Source of the DNA: Candidatus Sumerlaeota bacterium
Lineage (GTDB): Bacteria; Sumerlaeota; Sumerlaeia; MWCT01
Assembly: GCA_016931135.1 (NCBI GenBank)
Contig: JAFGFK010000116.1
Coordinates: 1-11,464, forward strand
Length of the DNA: 11,464 bases
Reading direction: 5' to 3'
Of the stretch, positions 7,501-11,464 are shown in pieces. The translations under genes were made by a program, and so were the position numbers. Below the pieces are notes generated by a model. The model saw only the letters and a program-made list of their open reading frames with translations. It searched no databases and was not told the DNA's origin. Every line of letters begins with the position of its first letter. Positions within the stretch are counted from its first letter, which is position 1.

Positions 7501-8919
7501 GGTTTCGTTCGATGCACCACATATAACGCTGCAGGACGTCCCAATCCCATTCTCGATCTCTCAAAGGGTTTGTCCGTATATATCAAGGTGACCCAGGGGG
7601 AGATTGACGTCTCCTATTGGTTGAGAGAAACGGGGATCGAGGGAACTATCGGCGGAAACGGCGGCGCAAGCGGAACCATCGAGCAATGCGCCAATTTCAA
7701 ACGCATCGCCGCTTCCGATGAATGGCAATATCTGTATTGGGATATTCCGAATGAGACTTATACGAAAGTCACGGGAAATGGAATCCTCGATAAGCCATGG
7801 GGAACCCTGGAAGCCATGGTTTTCCAGGCGGTTCCAGGTTGTCCTGACGCCAATATCGAGATCTTTGTGGATGATATCTATCAGGGCGGAGAACACAGCC
7901 CCATCATCCCGACGCCTCCCCCAACGCCCACGCCAACCCCCACGCCAACTCCCACTCCGGACCTCAATTCCCAGGATCCGATCGAGACCTTCGAGAATAG
8001 AACCATCGGATCTCAAGTCATGTTGCGAGAACCGGGTTGGTCCGGCTCTTCAACCGGATTGAATAAAAACACCGACGCCGCAGGTGTATCGAACGCTGAA
8101 ACTGATAACATCCTCGATCCTGATGTGGCGGCTCCGGGAACTCAATCCTACCGAATCTACTGGGAATGGCTGGCTGCAGGTTCCGGTTTTGCCCGTTGTA
8201 CAACTTACAACGCCGCAGGACGCCGGAATCCCATCGTATATCTTCCCAAAGGACTCTCCGTCTATGTCAAGATCACCCAGGGCGAAGTCGATATCTCCTA
8301 TTGGCTCCGGGAAACCGGCGTAATGGGAGAAATCGGCGATAATGGCGGCGCCTCCGGCAAGATCGAGGAATGCACGAATTACAAACGCATCTCAGCGTGT
8401 GATGACTGGCAATATCTCCACTGGGATATTCCCAATGAGCCTTATCGCGCCATCACCGGCAACGGCGTTCTGAATGGGGAATACGGAACCATTGAGTCTC
8501 TGGTTTGCAAGGCGGTTCCTGACAGCCCGGAAACCATCATCGAGATATTCGTGGATGACCTGTATCAGGGTCCTCCGCAGAATCCCGCCATGCCCACCAT
8601 GTTCGTGAATTCCATCTTCGTGCGCCATACGAACATGAAACATGGCTTCAAGGGCGGCATGGCCATGATGGTCATCACGGATTCCCTTGGCAATCCGGTT
8701 GACGGCGCCACGGTGACCGGGACATTCTCGGGAGAGTTCAATGAAACCCTCTCCGGCGTCACGGACAGCAGGGGAGAGGTGGTGATCGACACCACCCAGA
8801 CCGACAAAGGCGGCGGAGTCATCTTCACATTCTGCGTGGATGATGTGATCAAGACATACTCGCGCATTTATGATCCTTCACAGAACCAGGAAACCTGCGA
8901 CACATATATCAGCGAGTAA
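4498..8919 (+). CDS. Giant secreted multidomain protein: signal peptide; repeat domain R1; PT linker; GHL10 (YngK-like glycoside-hydrolase-like TIM barrel); CarboxypepD_reg-like domain; PT linker; R2; PT linker; R3; PT linker; R4; Ig-like C-terminal domain
   Basis: The ORF track starts it at the ATG at 4492 (1475 aa). That ATG is only 3 nt from the GGAGG, whereas the in-frame ATG at 4498 has an ideal 9-nt spacing, so 4498 is preferred (1473 aa). The N-terminus 'MAYVNAIKKNAVPFGFILFLFAFSFSAMA|QQ' is a signal peptide. The GHL10 hallmark 'DGMHFDYIRYP' and 'AIVMQVRKRGDAYYFP...AHALGIEVHTWI' are present. Four ~205-aa paralogous domains are visible. Pro/Thr linkers ('TPTPTPTP') separate the domains. 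Stop TAA at 8917-8919. Confidence 0.9.
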   Translation: MAYVNAIKKNAVPFGFILFLFAFSFSAMAQQYLMTDFEGYSVGSEVMFQEPCYSGSTTGVDTATDIAGVSDAQANDILDPAAGSPGSLSYRIYWQWLTPGTGFVRSTTINTLNKKNPIIDLTKGLSIYVKVTQGEVDMSYWIRETGVSGNIGDSDGTTGGIERCTNWARLSASPQWQYVFFDIPNESYLGLTGNSVLDGQWGTIEALTFQAVSGSPVNTIEVFIDDLYQGPEQNPAIATPTPTPTPVLGEWRAFWADAWHIGFLNASQVQTMVQTAYEHNYNAIVMQVRKRGDAYYFPTLPNAEPRATNIADPAFDPLQETINQAHALGIEVHTWICAYVVGSSGGSADPNHVINKHPEYLMKNSLGNTLFGEGYYLDPGNPDANAWNYNVVMDLVSNYDIDGMHFDYIRYPSEDAGYNDVAIARYNSEYGLIGLPDYKDPQFKAWRRRQITDWLRSTYSDIIAVKPYIKVAASVFASESDAVNYRFQDWPAWMAEGILDALCPMNYSSSNTTFESRALNANSKKGARFCFMGNGAYLNTKENTVAQLSYARSIGCEGVLTYSYNVTNNAGDANAVFYDYILANLFQYPGVCPDMAWKTSPTGGYIRGTVINADTGEPLYNAVINITELGQSIKTDGEGKFSFIYITPGIYTLSASLPLYFNGQNDNIGVSAGAVTTCNFALVPTNEPTPTPTPSPTPTPTPYPTPEPNTQNLVENFEGQVPGSIVMLREPAWSGSTSGVNTATDAAGVSADQSNDKLDPAVGSPGALSYRLYWEWLAPGAGSVRDTTYNAPIRPNPRLYFGKGLSIYIKVTQGSVDVSYWLRETGVSGEIGGNAGASGTVEECASFKRVNASPDWQYLWWDIPNETYRAITGNGHIDLTWGALESLAFKAVPESPATIIEVFVDDIFQGPEQNPIMPTPTPTPTPDPNAQALVDNFETASLGTIYMFREPAWSGSTKGVNTATDKAFVSNLEANDILDPNVGIFGVKSYRFFWQWLVPGTGFVRCTTYNAAGRPNPILDLSKGLSVYIKVTQGEIDVSYWLRETGIEGTIGGNGGASGTIEQCANFKRIAASDEWQYLYWDIPNETYTKVTGNGILDKPWGTLEAMVFQAVPGCPDANIEIFVDDIYQGGEHSPIIPTPPPTPTPTPTPTPTPDLNSQDPIETFENRTIGSQVMLREPGWSGSSTGLNKNTDAAGVSNAETDNILDPDVAAPGTQSYRIYWEWLAAGSGFARCTTYNAAGRRNPIVYLPKGLSVYVKITQGEVDISYWLRETGVMGEIGDNGGASGKIEECTNYKRISACDDWQYLHWDIPNEPYRAITGNGVLNGEYGTIESLVCKAVPDSPETIIEIFVDDLYQGPPQNPAMPTMFVNSIFVRHTNMKHGFKGGMAMMVITDSLGNPVDGATVTGTFSGEFNETLSGVTDSRGEVVIDTTQTDKGGGVIFTFCVDDVIKTYSRIYDPSQNQETCDTYISE
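4588..5202 (+). repeat. Protein-level repeat R1 (aa 33-237) of an unassigned ~205-aa beta-domain (candidate carbohydrate-binding module)
   Basis: Shares these motifs with R2-R4: 'FQEPCYSGSTTGVDTATDIAGVS', 'SYRIYWQWLTPGTGFVR', 'KGLSIYVKVTQGEVDMSYWIRETGVSG', 'WQYVFFDIPNESY', 'IEVFIDDLYQGPEQNP'. Confidence 0.8.
5203..5235 (+). repeat. Pro/Thr linker 1 (AIATPTPTPTP); coding microsatellite-like (ACNCCN)n
   Basis: The sequence 'gccactccaactcccacgccaactccc' is in frame with the CDS. Confidence 0.8.
5236..6291 (+). other. GHL10 / DUF187 (YngK-like) glycoside-hydrolase-like TIM-barrel domain (aa ~249-600)
   Basis: Motifs 'GEWRAFWADAWH', 'NAIVMQVRKRGDAYYFPTLP', 'DPLQETINQAHALGIEVHTWI', 'YYLDPGNPDANAWNYNVVMDLVSNYDIDGMHFDYIRYP' are present. 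Their order and spacing match my memory of the PF02638 family (e.g. the 'DG.HfDDYfYP' signature). Confidence 0.65.
6298..6546 (+). other. CarboxypepD_reg-like beta-sandwich domain (aa ~603-685)
   Basis: 'GYIRGTVINADTGEPLYNAVINITELGQSIKTDGEGKFSFIYITPGIYTLSAS' fits the G.V.D..G.PL..A.V.......TD..G.F.F....G.Y.L pattern of PF13620 / PF13715. Confidence 0.55.
6547..6621 (+). repeat. Pro/Thr linker 2 (PTNEPTPTPTPSPTPTPTPYPTPEP)
   Basis: In-frame (CCCACGCCN)n-like low-complexity DNA. Confidence 0.8.
6622..7242 (+). repeat. Protein-level repeat R2 (aa 711-917)
   Basis: 'MLREPAWSGSTSGVNTATDAAGVS', 'SYRLYWEWLAPGAGSVR', 'KGLSIYIKVTQGSVDVSYWLRETGVSG', 'WQYLWWDIPNETY', 'IEVFVDDIFQGPEQNP'. Confidence 0.8.
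7243..7281 (+). repeat. Pro/Thr linker 3 (IMPTPTPTPTPDP)
   Basis: In-frame PT low-complexity coding repeat. Confidence 0.8.
7282..7902 (+). repeat. Protein-level repeat R3 (aa 931-1137)
   Basis: 'MFREPAWSGSTKGVNTATDKAFVS', 'SYRFFWQWLVPGTGFVRCTT', 'KGLSVYIKVTQGEIDVSYWLRETGIEG', 'EQCANFKR', 'WQYLYWDIPNETY', 'IEIFVDDIYQGGEHSP'. Locally about 80% nucleotide identity to R2 around the REPAWSGST segment. Confidence 0.8.
7903..7962 (+). repeat. Pro/Thr linker 4 (IIPTPPPTPTPTPTPTPTPD)
   Basis: In-frame PT low-complexity coding repeat; the longest uninterrupted TP run in the gene. Confidence 0.8.
7963..8586 (+). repeat. Protein-level repeat R4 (aa 1158-1365)
   Basis: 'MLREPGWSGSSTGLNKNTDAAGVS', 'SYRIYWEWLAAGSGFARCTT', 'KGLSVYVKITQGEVDISYWLRETGVMG', 'EECTNYKR', 'WQYLHWDIPNEPY', 'IEIFVDDLYQGPPQNP'. 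Confidence 0.8.
8587..8916 (+). other. C-terminal ~110-aa domain of the giant protein, possibly bacterial Ig-like (Big_1-like); no recognisable sorting signal
   Basis: 'SLGNPVDGATVTGTFSGEFNETLSGVTDSRGEVVIDTTQTDKGGGVIFTF' resembles the invasin/intimin Ig-like pattern (nG.pv.gatVtf......TtDanG.a.vtlts...G...vt). It lacks the T9SS CTD, PEP-CTERM, LPXTG and GPI-like features. Confidence 0.35.
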
Positions 8920-8943
8920 AATATTCTCCATGTTAAAACCTAA

Positions 8944-8978
8944 GGGGGTTCGATTTCCGGATCGAACCCCCTTTTTTT
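8944..8978 (+). terminator. Rho-independent terminator (11-bp GC-rich stem, 6-nt loop, 7-T tail) between convergent genes; likely acts in both directions
   Basis: Stem 'gggggttcgat' (8944-8954), loop 'ttccgg', stem 'atcgaaccccc' (8961-8971), then a run of seven T at 8972-8978. On the opposite strand the same hairpin is followed by TTAGGTTTTA, a weaker U tract, serving the minus-strand flotillin gene. Confidence 0.8.
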
Positions 8979-9034
8979 AAATTAGCTGACGGTGGCGCAA
9001 CTTAAACAACTTACAACTTACAACCCGCAATCCA

Positions 9035-11059
9035 CTACCCACAACCGTCATTTTTCATTTCCAGTTTTATATTTTCTGATTTTTCATTTGGTTGCGGCTC
9101 TGACGCGCCGGGTTCCTTGTTGATGTTCAGAAAATGTTTGGTCAGCATGGAAGCCAAACCGCTGAGAGAACCTGAACCGGATTCTCCGCCCATAACCAGT
9201 ATCTCCGGCACGAATTTGTTTTTCCCTTCTGAAAGCGCGTTGGCGATGTTCACCAGGGCGGTGGGGGACTTTCCCAGCGCAGCCACTTGGGCTTTGAACG
9301 CTTCCGCGCGCGCCATGCCTATGGCTCGCACCTTGGCGCCCTGGGCAGCGCCGGTCTTCTCGATGTATTGCGACTCGCCCTCCGCTTCGGAAATCCTCGC
9401 CTTCGCATTGTTCGATTTGATGGCGATCGACACCTGCGATTGCGCCAGATCCTTCTGCATATCCGCCGTGCCTTTCGACTTTTCCATGTCGATACGCTGC
9501 TGCTGCGCCTGTTCCTGCTTCTTGTACGTTTCGATCTCCTGGTTGGCGATCTCGCGTTCCGTCAGCACTGTAACAAGCGCCTGGGGAAGGATCACGTCCT
9601 GGATGTAAACACCTGGCGTCTCCACCTTATACTGCCGCAGATGTTTCCTGATGTGTTCCAAAGCCTCCATTTGAACCTGCTGCCGGGTCTCTATGAACTT
9701 GATGGCTGGCATACTCTGGAGTTTATCCCTGAAGTGGTTTCCTACAGCAGCCTGCAACACCTCGTTGACCAGGTTATGCATCGTTCCCACCATGGAGATA
9801 ACCCAGGGCGCCTCTGTATCCGCAATGTGAATCTGCACCTGGAGATCGATCGTGAATTCGAATCCTTCGCGGCTTTTCGCTATGATCGACTTCAATTGCG
9901 CATCCAGATCATGAGCGCGGGAAACCGCTTCAGCCCAGTTCAGGGTCAGGATACAGGTGGGCACAATTTCCGCTTGGTAACAGTGCGGGTTGATCGGATA
10001 TTTACCTGTTCTGAGGCATTCCTGCCAGATGCCACGGTGCCCGGGACGAACCAGCGAACCGAACTTGAACTCCGCGCCTGATGTATCCTGCGTGATAAGT
10101 CCCATATAGGATTTGATCACCGCCACCTCGCCCTGTTCCACAACCAGCATGGGAACGAGTTCCACACTCACCAGGAAAGGATTCAGGTTGTACGCGCCGT
10201 AGAGGAGCGGATCATGTTGAAGCCCGATCCTTCCGCCATTATCCAGAAACGCCTGGAAATCCTGGTAGTTGTTATGCTTGCTGTTCTTGCTTGCCAGGAT
10301 CGCCTCGATCAGGTTGTAATCGTTGACTCCCTGTTGTTTTTCCATCTTTTCGATATCGGAGAAACCGTCCAATCGGCTTGCAATATCACTGGGGGGAAGC
10401 GGATCGCCTTCGTATGTGGTGACAATCCCTATTGTGTCGACGATTCTGCCCTTGTCAGATCGTTTGATCGGTTCGATGCGAACCACGCGCAGGTCTTTGG
10501 GATTCAGTCCGAAACTGATCGGCGTCAATTTTCCTCCTTGAGATTTGGCTTTTACCTTTAAATCCTCGGAAATAGGCGCTCCATATACCCTGTCTTCCGT
10601 AATCACCAGGAAAGCCGCAGGATGGATCGGGGCAAGGGTTCCTGGAGGCAGAACCAGTCTTTGCACGCCTTTTTGTCCACCTTTTTCAAGGAAGGTTTGC
10701 AGACTGGAATAATTCCCGAACTCCTTCTTGTAGATGGCAGACTTGGCGCCTGCAGGAAGAGGTTCTCCCACCTGCGCCACAACTACTCCGATCCGGTCCG
10801 CTGAAATTTGAATCCACGGATGCTTTTCCACCTTGTAAATAATCCAAAACCGGAAGTGCCATCCGGGCATCAGGAGTTCCGCCTGGTATCCCGCTTCCCC
10901 GTTGAATGCAATCGGGTTGTCCTTCGGAAGCTTTTTCGAGGAGAAGCGCTTGATGATCAGCCCCACCTCCGTAGGTCCGATGATTCTGATGGATGGCAAT
11001 ATGAAGACCATGAATATGACGCTCGCGAAACTCAACCATCCCATGATTTGACCTTTCAT
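9035..11059 (-). CDS. Flotillin-family SPFH/band-7 membrane protein (FloT/YqiK type) with a long N-terminal extension
   Basis: 674-aa ORF. On the minus strand the SD 'AGGAGAGG' lies 7 nt upstream of the ATG. N-terminal TM 'GWLSFASVIFMVFILPSI'. A canonical SPFH core starts 'MLVVEQGEVAVIKSYMG' (aa ~316) and ends '...ETPGVYIQDVILPQ'. The C-terminal E/A/Q-rich coiled coil 'QEQAQQQRIDMEKSKG...ISEAEGESQYIEKTGAAQGAKVRAIGMARAEAFKAQVAALGK', followed by 'ILVMGGESGSGSLSGLASMLT', parallels the B. subtilis FloT C-terminus ('ITVVDTGGSGESSGANKVTSYATNLM'). Confidence 0.85.
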   Translation of the reverse strand: MKGQIMGWLSFASVIFMVFILPSIRIIGPTEVGLIIKRFSSKKLPKDNPIAFNGEAGYQAELLMPGWHFRFWIIYKVEKHPWIQISADRIGVVVAQVGEPLPAGAKSAIYKKEFGNYSSLQTFLEKGGQKGVQRLVLPPGTLAPIHPAAFLVITEDRVYGAPISEDLKVKAKSQGGKLTPISFGLNPKDLRVVRIEPIKRSDKGRIVDTIGIVTTYEGDPLPPSDIASRLDGFSDIEKMEKQQGVNDYNLIEAILASKNSKHNNYQDFQAFLDNGGRIGLQHDPLLYGAYNLNPFLVSVELVPMLVVEQGEVAVIKSYMGLITQDTSGAEFKFGSLVRPGHRGIWQECLRTGKYPINPHCYQAEIVPTCILTLNWAEAVSRAHDLDAQLKSIIAKSREGFEFTIDLQVQIHIADTEAPWVISMVGTMHNLVNEVLQAAVGNHFRDKLQSMPAIKFIETRQQVQMEALEHIRKHLRQYKVETPGVYIQDVILPQALVTVLTEREIANQEIETYKKQEQAQQQRIDMEKSKGTADMQKDLAQSQVSIAIKSNNAKARISEAEGESQYIEKTGAAQGAKVRAIGMARAEAFKAQVAALGKSPTALVNIANALSEGKNKFVPEILVMGGESGSGSLSGLASMLTKHFLNINKEPGASEPQPNEKSENIKLEMKNDGCG

Positions 11060-11233
11060 TTTTCATCCTCTCCTTTCTTGAACTTTGCTTTTATGTGAAG
11101 TTTCAGTGTTGACTTGTTATCGATTTCAAAACTATTTGTTTTCTTGTCATCTTATGGCGGGAAGGAGTTTACATCTTTTCATCAATCCTTCAACTATAAA
11201 TGACCAAAACGTTATACGTGAGGTTAGATTCTC
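11060..11233. promoter_or_regulatory. Divergent intergenic region between the flotillin gene (-) and a small secreted-protein gene (+)
   Basis: 174-bp AT-rich gap between divergent start codons. It contains 'ttgacttgttatcgatttcaaaactatttgttttc' with a TTGACT -35-like hexamer at about 11110, but I cannot identify a convincing -10. Confidence 0.3.
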
Positions 11234-11464
11234 ATGTCGCATTTTCATAACGCAAAATTTATCAGGATTCTATACTGGATTTTATCTGTAATTTTTATCG
11301 TAACGGGGATATCCGCGGATGATTCGTATGATTCCACATCGCTTTTTCACTCGTCTCCCCCCTGGATTCCCTCCGATAACAGTTCCCATCGCCACACCCT
11401 TGTATCCAGTATTTCCATGATGGAGAAAACCGTTGTGGCGAATCTCGAAGGTCCCGCCATGATC
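11234..11464 (+). CDS. N-terminal 77 aa of a hypothetical secreted/membrane-anchored protein, 3'-truncated by the window end
   Basis: The ATG at 11234 is preceded by 'GAGG' (11219-11222) with an ~11-nt spacer. The frame stays open to the window end. The translation 'MSHFHNAKFIRILYWILSVIFIVTGISADDSYDS...' has a signal-peptide / TM-anchor-like N-terminus. It is missing from the ORF track, presumably because it has no stop inside the window. Confidence 0.35.
   Translation, partial: MSHFHNAKFIRILYWILSVIFIVTGISADDSYDSTSLFHSSPPWIPSDNSSHRHTLVSSISMMEKTVVANLEGPAMI

Noticed and set aside
6547-7962. Short regularly recurring CCCACGCC-type repeats resembling a degenerate CRISPR array or satellite
   Set aside because: The repeats are 6-nt units, contiguous without spacers, in frame, and translate to Pro/Thr linkers within a continuous ORF. 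This is coding low complexity, not a CRISPR array.
5134-8867. Multiple antisense ORFs inside the giant gene (5134..5823 -, 6799..7482 -, 7561..8016 -, 8392..8867 -) and the sense-strand alternate-frame ORFs (6944..7459 +, 7718..8062 +)
   Set aside because: They are shadow ORFs in a GC-rich, codon-biased gene whose main frame has strong domain signatures. Their translations are low-complexity (R/G/P-rich) with no motifs.
8587-8919. T9SS C-terminal sorting domain, PEP-CTERM or LPXTG anchor at the end of the giant protein
   Set aside because: None of those motifs is present: no terminal TM plus basic tail, no PEP, no LPXTG. The pattern fits an Ig-like domain better.
9117-10561. Plus-strand ORFs (163 aa, 264 aa, 115 aa) antisense to the flotillin gene
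   Set aside because: They lie entirely within a well-supported SPFH/flotillin CDS on the other strand. The translations are Arg/Leu-rich with no recognisable features.

Overview
The window carries seven protein-coding genes in a mixed-orientation arrangement and no recognisable rRNA, tRNA, CRISPR array or transposase. It looks like a cell-envelope / exopolysaccharide-type accessory neighbourhood of an uncultured-type bacterium that uses AGGAGG Shine-Dalgarno sites. Genes and elements, in order:
- (+) 3' part of a Dam/D12-class N6-adenine DNA methyltransferase, with a DPPY motif and a Dam-like C-terminus, running off the window start.
- (-) Two-gene operon joined by a TAATG stop/start overlap: a 69-aa CxxC + TM protein, then a 599-aa TM-anchored TPR-like protein.
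- (+) A Wzx-like (MOP/PST) polysaccharide flippase.
- A 380-bp AT-rich leader.
- (+) A 1,473-1,475-aa secreted mosaic protein (4,422 nt from the preferred ATG at 4498). Its parts are a signal peptide, one ~205-aa paralogous beta-domain, a Pro/Thr linker, a GHL10 (YngK-like) TIM-barrel glycoside-hydrolase-like domain, a CarboxypepD_reg-like beta-sandwich, three more copies of the ~205-aa domain separated by Pro/Thr linkers, and an Ig-like C-terminal domain.
- A strong rho-independent terminator shared by the convergent genes.
- (-) A FloT/YqiK-type flotillin (SPFH) protein with an unusually long N-terminal extension.
- (+) The N-terminus of a small signal-peptide protein running off the window end.
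The most novel element is the fourfold ~205-aa repeat domain in the giant GHL10 protein, which I cannot assign to a known family and which has conserved motifs of its own. Every domain assignment rests on motifs I can read in the translations, not on database searches.
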